Positions 1-10,899 of a stretch of DNA of 64,000 bases are shown here, in pieces. Source of the stretch: Escherichia coli (GTDB taxonomy: Bacteria > Pseudomonadota > Gammaproteobacteria > Enterobacterales > Enterobacteriaceae); assembly GCF_003334255.1 (NCBI RefSeq), contig NZ_QOWU01000011.1, one strand, 5' to 3'. The translations under genes and the position numbers were made by a program. The notes below the pieces were generated by a model. It was given only the letters and a program-made list of their open reading frames with translations, was not told the origin of the DNA and did no database searches. The stretch's first letter is position 1. The number at the start of each line of letters is the position of its first letter.

Positions 1-97
1 ACGCGAGGCATCGTCTTAACGAGGCACCGAGGCGTCGCATTCTTCAGATGGTTCAACCCTTAAGTTAGCGCTTATGGGTTTTACCCCCGCGTGGTGG

Positions 98-250
98 CTA
101 CTTCTTCGATTCGTAAGCGAGAACTGCCTTAAACTCCATACCACGTTCTCTGATACTCAACTCACACAACGAGTCGCCTACCATCAGCGTGAATCCCAGT
201 ACTGTAAAACACAGCACTATGATTGCCACAAGGGCATATTTTGTCAGCAT
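98..250 (-). CDS. Hok/Gef-family type I toxin, 50 aa small membrane peptide (below ORF-track cutoff)
   Basis: Minus-strand [53 protein letters not shown]: N-terminal hydrophobic helix, conserved SLCE and C-terminal AYES motif typical of Hok family; GGGAGG Shine-Dalgarno 6 nt upstream; a 12-codon upstream ORF (244..282) stops overlapping the start codon. Confidence 0.7.
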   Translation of the reverse strand: MLTKYALVAIIVLCFTVLGFTLMVGDSLCELSIRERGMEFKAVLAYESKK

Positions 251-514
251 GTCTTGCCTCCCTGCAAAGAAGAGACTAACATTCGAATTGTTTGGGTTCG
301 AACGTAAGCCTCAGGTTGATAGAAATATCGCCTGGGGCTTTTGTCCATCTGGAACCTCGCGAATGCTTAACGCCAGACAGCCTCAAGCACCCGACGCCAT
401 TCTATACCTGATAATTCTTCCAGCGGCGTTCACGTTTAAAATCAGGAATACTGCTCGCAAAATAAAAACGCCCCCATCATTTCTGACAGAGGCGTTTAAT
501 TTATCCGGCAATAT

Positions 515-1249
515 TTACCCTTCGTGCAATCCACATTCCCTTTTTAAGCCAAAGAAACGTGTTTCTTCTTCCGACATGCCAGGTTCCCATTTACGGGTTG
601 TATGGATATCACCGACCGATAAATATCCTTCATCCCATAATGGGTGATATTTCAGGCCATGTTTTTGCAGGTACTGATAAATAGTTCGGTTATCCCAGTC
701 GATAATCGGCAGCACTTTAAATACGCCACGCTGAATTGCCAGCACCGGTAAATTGGCGCGGCTGCCGGATTGTTCGCGGCGCAGGCCAGCAAACCAGGTT
801 TGCGCGTTAAGTTCTTTCAGCGCCCGGTTCATCGGTTCGACTTTGTTGATGTCATTGTACTTTTCAATGCCTTCAACGCCCTGTTCCCACAGTTTGCCGT
901 AGCGTGCTTCCTGCCAGGCGGCGCTTTCGGTAGCACGGTACACTTTCAGGTTGAGCTTGAGTTTGTCCGTTAACTCGTCAATAAAGCGGTAGGTTTCCGG
1001 AAACAGATAACCGGTATCGGTGAGGATCACTGGAATATCCGGCCGAATCTGATTCACCAGATGCAGGCTCACCGCCGCCTGAATGCCGAAGCTGGAAGAA
1101 AGCACATATTCACCGGGCAGATTATCCAGCGCCCAGGCTACGCGGCCTTCAGCGTCCAGTTTTTCCAGTTGGGCGTTAGTTTCCGCCAGCGCCAGAATGC
1201 GATCTACCTTCGGCAGTTCGTTCAGGGCGTTTAGATCGAGTTTGGACAT
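515..1249 (-). CDS. cysH: phosphoadenosine phosphosulfate (PAPS) reductase, 244 aa
   Basis: ORF 515..1402; internal Met giving [23 protein letters not shown]... matches remembered CysH; in operon with cysI/cysJ. Confidence 0.95.
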   Translation of the reverse strand: MSKLDLNALNELPKVDRILALAETNAQLEKLDAEGRVAWALDNLPGEYVLSSSFGIQAAVSLHLVNQIRPDIPVILTDTGYLFPETYRFIDELTDKLKLNLKVYRATESAAWQEARYGKLWEQGVEGIEKYNDINKVEPMNRALKELNAQTWFAGLRREQSGSRANLPVLAIQRGVFKVLPIIDWDNRTIYQYLQKHGLKYHPLWDEGYLSVGDIHTTRKWEPGMSEEETRFFGLKRECGLHEG

Positions 1250-1270
1250 AGATTCCTCACTGTTTGCCTT

Positions 1271-1308
1271 GCCTGATGCGACGCTCACGCGTCTTATCAG
1301 GCCTACAA
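1271..1308. repeat. REP (repetitive extragenic palindromic) element in cysI-cysH intergenic region
   Basis: gcctgatgcgacgct...gcgtcttatcaggcctac palindromic REP consensus. Confidence 0.8.
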
Positions 1309-1322
1309 GACCGGGCTGATGG

Positions 1323-3035
1323 TTAATCCCACAAATCGCGCGCCGGATCGAGCACCGGGCGAATGATGCCCGCACGCACCGTAAAGTCGCCGAAGCCTTC
1401 ACCCGCTTCGCGCTCTTTCGCCCAGCGCCCTATCAGTTCATCAAGCGACGCCAGGATTTCCGGCTCGGTGATGTTTTCTTTATACATCCGAGGGATACGT
1501 GTCCCAATGCGGTTGCCGCCAAGATGCAGGTTGTAGCGACCCGGCGCTTTACCCACCAGGCCCACTTCCGCCAGCATCGCGCGACCACAACCGTTCGGGC
1601 AGCCTGTTACACGCATCACGATATGCTCATCGCTGACACCATGTTTCGCCATTAAATTATCGATGTTGTCGATAAAAGACGGCAGGAAACGCTCCGCTTC
1701 CGCCATCGCCAGCGGGCAAGTCGGGAATGACACGCAGGCCATTGAGTTTTCACGCTGCGGCGTGACGGCATTCATTAACCCGCTCTCTTTGGCGATCTTC
1801 TCGATCTTCGCTTTCTCGCTTTCCGGTACACCGGCGATGATCAGATTCTGGTTCGCCGTAATGCGGAAATCGCCTTTGTGGATCTTCGCGATCTCCAGCA
1901 GGCCGGTTTTCAGCGGACGCGCCGGATAATCAAGGATGCGACCATTTTCGATAAACAGCGTCAGGTGCCAGTTATCATCAATGCCCTTAACCCAGCCAAT
2001 ACGATCGCCTCGTCCGGTGAACTCATATGGACGGATCGGTTCAAATTTGATCCCCGCGCGACGCTCCACTTCCGCTTTAAACGTCTCAACCCCCACGCGC
2101 TCCAGCGTGTATTTGGTTTTGGCATTTTTACGATCGGTTCGGTTACCCCAGTCACGCTGAGTTGTCACGACGGCTTCGGCCACCGCCAGCGTATGCTCCA
2201 GCGGCAGATAGCCAAACTCACTCGCGGTGCGGGCGTAGGTTTTCTTGTTGCCGTGTTCGATGGAAAGCCCACCGCCCACCAACAGGTTAAAGCCCACCAG
2301 CTTGCCGTTTTCGGCGATCGCCACGAAGTTCATGTCGTTGGCGTGCAGATCGATATCGTTCTGTGGCGGGATCACTACCGTGGTTTTGAATTTACGCGGC
2401 AGGTAGGTCTGGCCGAGGATCGGTTCTTCATCAGTAGTGGCGACTTTTTCCTGGTCGAGCCAGATCTCCGCATACGCGCGGGTACGCGGCAGCAGATGCT
2501 CAGAAATCTTCTTCGCCCACTCGTACGCTTCCGCGTGTAGCTGCGACTCGTAAGGGTTCGAGGTGCAGAGTACGTTACGGTTCATGTCGTTAGCGGTCGC
2601 CAGCGCATCAAGACCAACCGAGTGCAGCATCTGGTGCACCGGTTTGACGTTCTTTTTCAGAATGCCGTGGAACTGAAACGTCTGGCGGTTGGTCAGGCGA
2701 ATGCTGCCATAGATGGTGTTTTCACCGGCAAATTTGTCTATCGCCTGCCACTGTTTAGTGGTAATCACCCCACCCGGCAGACGGCAGCGCAACAGCATCG
2801 CGTGGCGCGGCTCCAGCTTCTGTTCAGCACGTTCGGCGCGGATGTCGCGGTCATCCTGCTGATACATGCCGTGGAAGCGGATCAGCAGGAAGTTGTCGCC
2901 CTTAAAGCCGCCGGTCAGACCGTCGTTTAAATCTTCCGCAATGGTGCCGCGCAGGTAGTTGCTTTCAAGCTTCATGCGCTCGGCGTCTGTCAGTTTTCCT
3001 TCGACCACTAAAGGCCCTGGATGTTTTTCGCTCAT
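1323..3035 (-). CDS. cysI: sulfite reductase hemoprotein beta subunit, 570 aa
   Basis: Full-length [25 protein letters not shown]...; siroheme/4Fe-4S sulfite reductase; overlaps cysJ stop by 1 nt. Confidence 0.96.
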   Translation of the reverse strand: MSEKHPGPLVVEGKLTDAERMKLESNYLRGTIAEDLNDGLTGGFKGDNFLLIRFHGMYQQDDRDIRAERAEQKLEPRHAMLLRCRLPGGVITTKQWQAIDKFAGENTIYGSIRLTNRQTFQFHGILKKNVKPVHQMLHSVGLDALATANDMNRNVLCTSNPYESQLHAEAYEWAKKISEHLLPRTRAYAEIWLDQEKVATTDEEPILGQTYLPRKFKTTVVIPPQNDIDLHANDMNFVAIAENGKLVGFNLLVGGGLSIEHGNKKTYARTASEFGYLPLEHTLAVAEAVVTTQRDWGNRTDRKNAKTKYTLERVGVETFKAEVERRAGIKFEPIRPYEFTGRGDRIGWVKGIDDNWHLTLFIENGRILDYPARPLKTGLLEIAKIHKGDFRITANQNLIIAGVPESEKAKIEKIAKESGLMNAVTPQRENSMACVSFPTCPLAMAEAERFLPSFIDNIDNLMAKHGVSDEHIVMRVTGCPNGCGRAMLAEVGLVGKAPGRYNLHLGGNRIGTRIPRMYKENITEPEILASLDELIGRWAKEREAGEGFGDFTVRAGIIRPVLDPARDLWD

Positions 3036-4834
3036 TAGTAGACATCTCGCTGATAACGGCGCTCTACGCGCAGCTCACTTAAAAATTCATCCGCCGCTTC
3101 GGTGTCCATGCCACCAAATTCGGCAATCACTTCCAGAAGTGCCTGCTCAACGTCTTTCGCCATGCGATTAGCGTCACCGCAGACATAAATGTGGGCACCG
3201 TCATTGATCCAGCGCCACAGCTCCGCGCCCTGTTCGCGCAGTTTGTCTTGTACGTAAACTTTTTCTTTTTGGTCGCGCGACCAGGCGAGATCGATCCGCG
3301 TCAGCACACCCTCTTTGACGTAGCGCTGCCACTCCACCTGGTAGAGGAAATCTTCCGTAAAGTGCGGGTTGCCAAAGAACAGCCAGTTTTTTCCCGGCGC
3401 TTCATCGGCAGCACGTTGCTGCATAAAGGCGCGGAACGGCGCGATGCCGGTGCCTGGGCCAATCATAATCACCGGGGTTTCTGGATTGGCTGGCAGGCGG
3501 AAGTTATCGTTATGTTCGATAAATACGCGGACTTCGCCCTCTTCTTCCACGCGGTCAGCGAGGAAGCTGGAGGCACCACCGGCACGGGCGCGGCCTTCCA
3601 CGTCGTAACGCACCACACCAACGGTGACGTGTACTTCGTTCTCGACTTCCGCCTGCGAGGAGGCAATGGAATAGAGACGCGGCGTCAGCGGGCGCAGCAG
3701 ATTAATTAGCGCTTCGGCATCAAGCTGTGCCGGGGAGAAACGCACCATGTCAACAATCGGCGTCGTCGCGGCGTAATGCTGTAACTTCGCTTTATCGCCC
3801 ACCAGCGGCAGCAGTGTTTCACTGCGGGTAAGCGTGGCGTAATTCTCAACAATGTTGGCGGTGTTGACGGTCAGTTCGAAGTGCCACTGTAGCGCTTCGT
3901 TCAGAGGCAACGTTTTGCCCTCGACGGTGACAGGTTCATCGCCTTTCAGCCACAGCAGTTCGACAAGTTCTTTCACCAGTGCCGGATCGTTCTGATACCA
4001 GACGCCCAGCGCGTCACCCGGCTGGTAACGCAGGCCCGAGTCACCTAAGTCAATTTCGATATGGCGAACGTCTTTTTCAGAGTTACGCCCGGTAATTTTC
4101 TGGTTAACAGAGAGGCTAGCCACCAGCGGCGCGTCTTTGCTGTACGGGCTGGTGTGGATTTCATTTACCGCGCCAGTAGCGACGGATTGCGAAGGTGCCG
4201 CGACAGGCGCACGCGATTTAAGCGCATCAACCACGCGGGCGCGCCACTCGCTGGCAGCAGCCTGGTATTCAACATCGGCATCGACACGGTCGAGCAGGCG
4301 TTCACCACCCAGTTCCGCCAGCTTGCTGTCGAAATCTTTCCCGGACTGGCAGAAAAATTCATAAGAGCTATCGCCGAGGCTAAACACGGCAAACGCGGTG
4401 TTTTCCAGCTTTGGCGCTTTTTTGGAGAACAGGAACTTATGCAGCGCGACGGCTTCTTCCGGCGGTTCCCCTTCCCCTTGCGTTGACGTCACTACGATGA
4501 GCAGTTTTTCGCTGGCGATTTGTTTGAATTTATAGTCGCCCGCGTTCACCAGCTTAACGTTCAGTTTTGCTGCTAATAAATCATCACGTAATGCTTCAGC
4601 AACCCGGCGCGCATTGCCGGTTTGCGAGGCGGAGATAATAGTTATACCCGGCATTTCTGCGGCTGGCGCTGGCGTCGCTGCAAGCGCAGCAGGCTGCTGA
4701 TTGAGTACGCCCCAGAAATAGCCAGAAACCCAGGCAAGCTGGGTGGGAGTTAAATCGGTCGTGGCCGCCTGAAGGCGTGCCAGTTGCTCCGGGTTCAACG
4801 GAAGCAACGCGGAAGGTGGGACCTGTGTCGTCAT
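3035..4834 (-). CDS. cysJ: sulfite reductase flavoprotein alpha subunit, 599 aa
   Basis: Full-length [31 protein letters not shown]...; flavodoxin + FAD/NADPH domains. Confidence 0.96.
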   Translation of the reverse strand: MTTQVPPSALLPLNPEQLARLQAATTDLTPTQLAWVSGYFWGVLNQQPAALAATPAPAAEMPGITIISASQTGNARRVAEALRDDLLAAKLNVKLVNAGDYKFKQIASEKLLIVVTSTQGEGEPPEEAVALHKFLFSKKAPKLENTAFAVFSLGDSSYEFFCQSGKDFDSKLAELGGERLLDRVDADVEYQAAASEWRARVVDALKSRAPVAAPSQSVATGAVNEIHTSPYSKDAPLVASLSVNQKITGRNSEKDVRHIEIDLGDSGLRYQPGDALGVWYQNDPALVKELVELLWLKGDEPVTVEGKTLPLNEALQWHFELTVNTANIVENYATLTRSETLLPLVGDKAKLQHYAATTPIVDMVRFSPAQLDAEALINLLRPLTPRLYSIASSQAEVENEVHVTVGVVRYDVEGRARAGGASSFLADRVEEEGEVRVFIEHNDNFRLPANPETPVIMIGPGTGIAPFRAFMQQRAADEAPGKNWLFFGNPHFTEDFLYQVEWQRYVKEGVLTRIDLAWSRDQKEKVYVQDKLREQGAELWRWINDGAHIYVCGDANRMAKDVEQALLEVIAEFGGMDTEAADEFLSELRVERRYQRDVY

Positions 4835-5149
4835 GCGTCGTTATGTTCCAGTAAGCAAAGCTGTTTCTGCGCCCTGTCAGCGCCCATAAAACAGAAGAGA
4901 AGGTAAGGTTAACGGGGCAAACGGTGTGGATTAAAGACGGGATAGCGATAACTAATAACCAAATCGACTAACCTGTTTTAGCAATAGTCTTTAACAACAA
5001 AATAGATTAACCAACCTAATGAAAAACAAATGAATTTAGCCAATCATTAAGATAAATCAGCGATTTTGCGCAACAAAGTCGTTTTAGATAATGCGAAAAA
5101 ACAGCCTTTCCGGTACTCTACGGCGGTTTTATCGTCCTGTAGAGAAATT

Positions 5150-5515
5150 ATGATGTCCACCACGTTATTTAAAGATTTCACCTTCGAAGCCGCTCACCGC
5201 TTACCACACGTCCCGGAAGGGCATAAATGTGGTCGCCTGCACGGGCATTCCTTTATGGTGCGACTGGAAATTACCGGGGAAGTCGATCCGCATACGGGCT
5301 GGATTATCGATTTCGCTGAACTAAAAGCGGCGTTTAAACCAACCTACGAGCGCCTCGATCACCATTATCTCAATGATATTCCAGGTCTGGAAAACCCAAC
5401 CAGCGAGGTTTTAGCAAAATGGATTTGGGATCAGGTTAAACCCGTTGTGCCGCTGTTAAGTGCGGTGATGGTAAAAGAAACCTGCACCGCAGGTTGTATC
5501 TATCGCGGCGAATGA
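5150..5515 (+). CDS. queD: 6-carboxy-5,6,7,8-tetrahydropterin synthase (queuosine biosynthesis), 121 aa
   Basis: ORF 5066..5515; start at [35 protein letters not shown] (Cys/His zinc motif). Confidence 0.92.
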   Translation: MMSTTLFKDFTFEAAHRLPHVPEGHKCGRLHGHSFMVRLEITGEVDPHTGWIIDFAELKAAFKPTYERLDHHYLNDIPGLENPTSEVLAKWIWDQVKPVVPLLSAVMVKETCTAGCIYRGE

Positions 5516-5592
5516 TAAGAGTGTGTCGGCGGTCAATTTCCCTTAAGTAACGCTATGTTAGGGTGTTGTGTTCTGGATATCTGGGGCATGAC

Positions 5593-6864
5593 ATGGAAGA
5601 CGACTGCGACATTATTATTATTGGTGCCGGTATTGCAGGCACCGCTTGCGCGTTACGCTGCGCGCGAGCGGGTTTATCCGTTTTGTTACTGGAACGCGCT
5701 GAAATCCCCGGCAGCAAAAATCTTTCCGGCGGGCGGTTATATACCCATGCACTCGCGGAACTCCTCCCGCAATTTCATCTGACCGCGCCTCTTGAACGAC
5801 GCATCACTCACGAAAGCCTTTCCCTGTTAACGCCCGATGGCGTAACGACGTTTTCCAGCTTACAGCCCGGCGGTGAATCCTGGAGTGTATTACGTGCACG
5901 ATTCGATCCGTGGCTGGTTGCCGAAGCCGAAAAAGAAGGTGTCGAATGCATCCCCGGAGCGACGGTGGATGCACTGTATGAAGAAAACGGCAGAGTCTGT
6001 GGCGTTATTTGTGGTGACGATATTCTCCGCGCCCGTTATGTGGTGCTGGCAGAAGGTGCCAACAGCGTCCTGGCTGAACGTCACGGGTTAGTGACTCGTC
6101 CTGCTGGCGAAGCGATGGCGTTGGGGATCAAAGAAGTGCTGTCGCTGGAAACATCCGCTATTGAAGAACGTTTTCATCTGGAGAATAACGAAGGCGCAGC
6201 GTTGCTGTTCAGCGGCAGGATCTGTGATGACTTACCCGGCGGCGCATTTCTTTATACTAATCAACAAACGCTCTCGTTAGGGATTGTTTGCCCGCTCTCT
6301 TCCCTTACGCAAAGTCGTGTTCCGGCAAGCGAGCTGCTGACTCGCTTTAAAGCGCATCCGGCAGTGCGCCCGCTTATCAAAAACACGGAATCACTGGAGT
6401 ATGGTGCGCATCTGGTGCCAGAAGGTGGCTTGCACAGTATGCCGGTGCAATACGCCGGTAACGGCTGGCTGCTGGTGGGCGATGCGTTGCGCAGTTGCGT
6501 CAATACCGGAATTTCCGTGCGCGGCATGGATATGGCGCTGACTGGCGCGCAGGCGGCGGCACAAACGCTGATAAGCGCCTGCCAGCACCGCGAGCCGCAA
6601 AATCTGTTTCCGCTTTATCATCACAACGTAGAGCGCAGCCTGCTGTGGGATGTTCTACAGCGTTATCAGCATGTTCCGGCGCTTTTGCAACGCCCGGGAT
6701 GGTACCGTACGTGGCCTGCGTTAATGCAGGATATTTCCCGCGATTTATGGGATCAGGGTGATAAACCTGTTCCACCGCTGCGCCAGTTATTCTGGCATCA
6801 TTTACGTCGTCACGGCCTGTGGCATCTGGCGGGCGATGTTATCAGGAGTCTGCGATGTCTGTAG
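5593..6864 (+). CDS. ygcN: FAD-dependent oxidoreductase, FixC/ETF-QO-like, 423 aa
   Basis: ORF 5563..6864 (GTG at 5563); MEDDCDIIIIGAGIAGTACA dinucleotide-binding motif; start choice 5593 matches remembered 423-aa length. Confidence 0.88.
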   Translation: MEDDCDIIIIGAGIAGTACALRCARAGLSVLLLERAEIPGSKNLSGGRLYTHALAELLPQFHLTAPLERRITHESLSLLTPDGVTTFSSLQPGGESWSVLRARFDPWLVAEAEKEGVECIPGATVDALYEENGRVCGVICGDDILRARYVVLAEGANSVLAERHGLVTRPAGEAMALGIKEVLSLETSAIEERFHLENNEGAALLFSGRICDDLPGGAFLYTNQQTLSLGIVCPLSSLTQSRVPASELLTRFKAHPAVRPLIKNTESLEYGAHLVPEGGLHSMPVQYAGNGWLLVGDALRSCVNTGISVRGMDMALTGAQAAAQTLISACQHREPQNLFPLYHHNVERSLLWDVLQRYQHVPALLQRPGWYRTWPALMQDISRDLWDQGDKPVPPLRQLFWHHLRRHGLWHLAGDVIRSLRCL

Positions 6865-7115
6865 CCCGTAATCTCTGGCGCGTTGCTGATGCGCCGCACA
6901 TTGTTCCGGCTGACTCCGTTGAGCGCCAGACGGCAGAACGGTTGATTAACGCCTGTCCGGCAGGTCTTTTTTCGCTCACACCGGAAGGTAACTTACGTAT
7001 TGACTATCGCAGTTGCCTGGAGTGTGGCACCTGCCGTTTGCTGTGCGACGAATCAACACTACAACAGTGGCGCTATCCGCCTTCCGGATTCGGCATCACC
7101 TACCGCTTTGGATAA
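6855..7115 (+). CDS. ygcO: ferredoxin-like protein, FixX-like, 86 aa
   Basis: ORF 6819..7115; start MSVARNLW... preceded by AGGAG; CxxCxxC cluster (CLECGTCRLLC); overlaps ygcN 3' end by 10 nt. Confidence 0.88.
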   Translation: MSVARNLWRVADAPHIVPADSVERQTAERLINACPAGLFSLTPEGNLRIDYRSCLECGTCRLLCDESTLQQWRYPPSGFGITYRFG

Positions 7116-7131
7116 ATAATAAGGATAATTT

Positions 7132-7707
7132 ATGCCCCTCTTACACCTGCTCCGCCAGAATCCGGTGATTGCTGCCGTTAAAGATAATGCCAGCCTGCAA
7201 CTGGCAATCGATTCTGAATGCCAATTTATTTCCGTGTTGTACGGCAATATCTGCACCATCAGTAATATCGTTAAAAAGATTAAGAACGCCGGGAAATATG
7301 CTTTTATTCATGTTGATTTGCTGGAAGGCGCGTCAAATAAAGAAGTCGTTATTCAGTTTTTGAAACTGGTGACCGAGGCGGACGGCATTATCAGTACCAA
7401 AGCCTCAATGTTGAAAGCGGCAAGAGCGGAAGGTTTTTTCTGTATTCATCGCCTGTTTATTGTTGATTCAATTTCGTTTCACAACATTGATAAGCAAGTT
7501 GCGCAATCGAATCCGGATTGTATTGAGATCCTGCCAGGCTGTATGCCCAAAGTGCTGGGCTGGGTGACAGAGAAAATCCGCCAACCGCTGATTGCCGCTG
7601 GGCTGGTGTGCGATGAAGAAGATGCGCGTAATGCGATTAACGCGGGTGTCGTGGCGCTTTCCACCACGAATACCGGGGTCTGGACGTTAGCGAAAAAATT
7701 ACTTTGA
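7132..7707 (+). CDS. ygcP: GlpP-like (glycerol-3-phosphate-responsive antiterminator family) putative regulatory protein, 191 aa
   Basis: Full ORF MPLLHLLRQNPVIAAVKDNASLQ...; family assignment from memory of YgcP annotation. Confidence 0.85.
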   Translation: MPLLHLLRQNPVIAAVKDNASLQLAIDSECQFISVLYGNICTISNIVKKIKNAGKYAFIHVDLLEGASNKEVVIQFLKLVTEADGIISTKASMLKAARAEGFFCIHRLFIVDSISFHNIDKQVAQSNPDCIEILPGCMPKVLGWVTEKIRQPLIAAGLVCDEEDARNAINAGVVALSTTNTGVWTLAKKLL

Positions 7708-7742
7708 CGGGATAATCGTAACCAATTGAATTTGGTTTGATT

Positions 7743-7849
7743 TGTAGGCCGCACGCCACATCCGACATTCAGCGCCTGATGCGACGCTTGACGCGTCTTA
7801 TCAGGCCTACAAGTCCCCAGGCCAGAACCGTAGGCAGGATCATCCGGCA
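7743..7849. repeat. REP/BIME cluster between convergent ygcP and ygcQ
   Basis: tgtaggccg...catccgaca, gcctgatgcgacgcttgacgcgtcttatcaggcctac, ...taggcaggatcatccggca REP-type palindromes. Confidence 0.75.
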
Positions 7850-7854
7850 ACACG

Positions 7855-8715
7855 TTATTGGCAATCTGCGTGAATGTTTGTCACCAGTGCCTCCAGCACC
7901 ACTTTCCAGTCATCAACCACGCCAACATCTGCCTGTGAAAATACCGCAGCGCTGGCGTCATGATTAATCGCCACCACAAACTTGCTATTGCGTACGCCCG
8001 CCATTAACGCTGCTGCGCCAGAAGCGCCAACAACAATACACACCTCAGGTGCCAGCAGATGTCCGGAAATACCAATCACTTTTTCAGCATCAACGCCACC
8101 GTTCATCACTCGCGCCCGACTGTAGCCCACTTCGGCTCCCAGCTTTTCTGCCAGCATAGCGATTTCCTGGTTATCTGCCTCTCCGCCCTGCCCCACCACC
8201 AGCACCCGTCTGGCCTCAGCTAATGGGTCGCGGGTAACATTTTTCAGATCCTCTGTGCTAACCAGCCAGTCCGGAAGCGCACCCGGGACAATGTTCAGTT
8301 GTTGCATTCCAGAGGGCAACGTGGCGTTTTTCGCTGCTCCCGCCTGACGCGCCAGGGAAAGGCATAGCGGGCGTTTTTCTGTTTGCAGCGTCGCCGTTAG
8401 CGCATTTCCCCAGTGGGATTTGCGCACGCTTACGGTTGGAATATCTAACGAAGTCACCTGGCAGATGCTTGCACCATGTAAACGCCAGGCCAGCCGGGTC
8501 GACAGTTCATCGCCAAACGTTCCCGGCGGAAAGAGAACAACGTCCGCAGGCGTTCGCTGCCACTGTTCCACCAACGCATCCAGCACCTGTTCCGCCACTA
8601 CAGGCTGAGGTTCAATCTGCCAGTGCGCCAGGGTACAACCGCTGAAATCCTGCGCCGCCAGCCAGCTTGCTATTGCGGCATTCTCCTGATTTATTGTCAC
8701 AATTGCGATATTCAT
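7855..8715 (-). CDS. ygcQ: electron-transfer flavoprotein alpha-subunit-like (FixB-like), 286 aa
   Basis: ORF 7855..8748; start MNIAIVTINQ...; ATGA overlap with ygcR stop. Confidence 0.9.
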   Translation of the reverse strand: MNIAIVTINQENAAIASWLAAQDFSGCTLAHWQIEPQPVVAEQVLDALVEQWQRTPADVVLFPPGTFGDELSTRLAWRLHGASICQVTSLDIPTVSVRKSHWGNALTATLQTEKRPLCLSLARQAGAAKNATLPSGMQQLNIVPGALPDWLVSTEDLKNVTRDPLAEARRVLVVGQGGEADNQEIAMLAEKLGAEVGYSRARVMNGGVDAEKVIGISGHLLAPEVCIVVGASGAAALMAGVRNSKFVVAINHDASAAVFSQADVGVVDDWKVVLEALVTNIHADCQ

Positions 8716-9491
8716 GGCTGCATCCTTTGGCGTAAATAGTCCTGCCATAGCTTTTGAGCTTTTTCTGCTACCGTTTGCCCATCAATCAGCGTCGCTCCGC
8801 GTCGTTGCTCTGCTCTTGCCAGTTGCAGACACTGCATCGCTGGCATTTCGGCAGCAACAGTTTTACGGATAATTTCTGCTTTCCCCGCAGCCATTCGCTG
8901 GCGCATTCCCGGTACTGGCAAGGCCACTTCACCGCACTGACGCACGGCAATCACCGCAGGCAAGCGAACCCGGCAACAACGCAACCCATGTTCAGTACGC
9001 TGTTCGAGGGTGATAAACAGCGCGTCGAGAGTGAAACGCTCCACCTGGGTGAAGCAGGGCCAGCCCAGCATTTCCGCCAGCAAAAATGGCGTTTGCCCAT
9101 TCTGCCCTTCGCTGCTTTGGCAGCCGGTAATTATCAGATCCAGCGGATTCTGATGCTGCCATTCGGCAATATGGCGAGCGACAAATTCCGGCGCAAAGCG
9201 CAGATCTGCCGCCGTCTCCAGCAATACAGCTTCCTCAAACCCAAGAGCCATGAGATAGCGCAGCCAGTGCAATGCCCGTTCATCCCCCATGCTCAACGCG
9301 GTTAAAGACATCGGCGTACCGTTTTTTCTCTGCGCCAACAGCAGCGCGGCAGCGGCCTGTTCATCAGCACCGAGTAAACTTCGCAGTAGCGAAATATCCG
9401 GTCCGCTTTTACCCTGAGCCGCCGCCTGCCACTCTTTTTCCGCCAGCATTCCGGCATCCGGTTCGGCTTTAAACGCTAACAGAATGTTCAT
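8712..9491 (-). CDS. ygcR: electron-transfer flavoprotein beta-subunit-like (FixA-like), 259 aa
   Basis: ORF 8712..9497 begins at GTG; ATG at 9491 (MNILLAFKAEPD...) preceded by GGAGGTG. Confidence 0.9.
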   Translation of the reverse strand: MNILLAFKAEPDAGMLAEKEWQAAAQGKSGPDISLLRSLLGADEQAAAALLLAQRKNGTPMSLTALSMGDERALHWLRYLMALGFEEAVLLETAADLRFAPEFVARHIAEWQHQNPLDLIITGCQSSEGQNGQTPFLLAEMLGWPCFTQVERFTLDALFITLEQRTEHGLRCCRVRLPAVIAVRQCGEVALPVPGMRQRMAAGKAEIIRKTVAAEMPAMQCLQLARAEQRRGATLIDGQTVAEKAQKLWQDYLRQRMQP

Positions 9492-10806
9492 TCGCACCTC
9501 CTACATTTCCCGCCGCCACCAGCGGGAGGGCTTTAGTTTCTGGTGCCCATAGCCAGGTCACAACAAAACCAACCAACAACACTGTCGCCAGGAGCAATAA
9601 GGTGACTTGCATTCCCCACTGCGCCAGCACCCACGGCAGCAGGCCAGTACTTACCGCCGCGCCAAGTCGACTCATGGCAGTGGCAAAACCGACGCCCAGC
9701 GAGCGAATGTCAGTAGGAAAACTTTCCGCAGGCAAAATGCCCACCAGATTACTGACTGCCGAAATGGTGGTGCTGAAGAGAACAAAAAGCAGCAGCGTTA
9801 ATGAACTGCCGGAAGGCAAACAGGCCATGACTACCAGCGTTGCCGCCAGCAGCAAAAAACTTCCCAGCAAAAATTTGCGATGTGCCAGCAGGTGCGTCAG
9901 AACTAATCCCAGCAGCGCGCCCACAATTAACAACGCATTAAGCATCAGGCTGGCAGTCAGCGCATCTTCCAGACCAATAGTCTGGGCGATAGTTGGCAGC
10001 CAGGTATAAATCACAAACCATGGGATTACGAGGCAGACAAAGAAGACGCTGTTAAACGCCGTGCGCCGCCAGTAACGCGAAGAGAACAAGGTTTTGATGT
10101 GTTTATGGGTCGCCGTTACCACTTCATCGCCCAGTAAAACATGGGGACCAAAATAGCGATGCACGATAGCGTGAGCTTCTGCAAAACGCCCCTGGCGCAG
10201 TAGCCAGCGTGGTGATTCTGGCGTTCCCCAGCGTAATAACGTAATCAACAACGCGGGCAGAGCTGCCGATGCCAGTAGCCAGCGCCAGGCCTCCGGGTTT
10301 TCGGAAATAAAGTGATGTCCGGCAATACTTGCCAGCACATAGCCTACGGTCCACACCACGCTGAATGCGCCCAGCAAAATACCGCGATGGCGGCGCGGGG
10401 AAAATTCAGCCAGCAAGGTGTGACCTACTGAATAATCGCCTCCCAGACCAATGCCAATCAAAATGCGCAGTCCAATAAGATGCTCTGGCGTGGTGGCAAA
10501 AAATTGTAAAAACGAAGCAAGCGTAATCAGCAAAAAGCTGAAGGTGAAGATTTTTTGCCGACCAATATGGTCGGAGATCCACCCAAGAACCAGGCTGCCA
10601 AGGAACAAACCAAGGAGCGCCGAGCCGCCGATCATTCCCGCCATAAACGGCGTCAGTTGCATGGCGGGCGTAAGCTGAATAATGGCGTAACCAATGACGC
10701 CGAGAACATAACCGTCGGTCAGGTGTGCGCCGAAAGTGAGCGCAGCAATGCGGCAGTGAAAACGGTTAAGCGGTAAATCATCCATTCGCACCGGTGAAGT
10801 GTTCAT
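9469..10806 (-). CDS. ygcS: MFS-family transporter, 445 aa
   Basis: ORF 9469..10878; start MNTSPVRMDDLPLNRFHCRIAALTFGAHL...; multiple TM segments; 3' end overlaps ygcR start by 23 nt. Confidence 0.9.
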   Translation of the reverse strand: MNTSPVRMDDLPLNRFHCRIAALTFGAHLTDGYVLGVIGYAIIQLTPAMQLTPFMAGMIGGSALLGLFLGSLVLGWISDHIGRQKIFTFSFLLITLASFLQFFATTPEHLIGLRILIGIGLGGDYSVGHTLLAEFSPRRHRGILLGAFSVVWTVGYVLASIAGHHFISENPEAWRWLLASAALPALLITLLRWGTPESPRWLLRQGRFAEAHAIVHRYFGPHVLLGDEVVTATHKHIKTLFSSRYWRRTAFNSVFFVCLVIPWFVIYTWLPTIAQTIGLEDALTASLMLNALLIVGALLGLVLTHLLAHRKFLLGSFLLLAATLVVMACLPSGSSLTLLLFVLFSTTISAVSNLVGILPAESFPTDIRSLGVGFATAMSRLGAAVSTGLLPWVLAQWGMQVTLLLLATVLLVGFVVTWLWAPETKALPLVAAGNVGGANEHSVSV

Positions 10807-10825
10807 CTTTACCCCTTCATTGTCC

Positions 10826-10858
10826 GGTAATAAGAACGGCTTCTCGCCTGAGAAGCCG
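10826..10858 (-). terminator. hairpin + U-rich tract in ygcU-ygcS intercistronic region (intrinsic terminator/attenuator candidate)
   Basis: Minus-strand RNA CGGCUUCUC-AGGC-GAGAAGCCG followed by UUCUUAUU, 25 nt upstream of ygcS ATG; second imperfect hairpin GGCAGCG...CGUUGCC immediately upstream. Confidence 0.5.
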
Positions 10859-10899
10859 AAAAGGCAACGCCCCGTCATCGCGGAACGCTGCCTGACACA

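Noticed and set aside
74-647. Plus-strand ORFs 74..307 and 189..647 at the left edge
   Set aside because: They are antisense to the hok-like gene and to the 3' end of cysH, have no recognisable domains, and one starts at GTG; the minus-strand Hok reading frame explains the region better.
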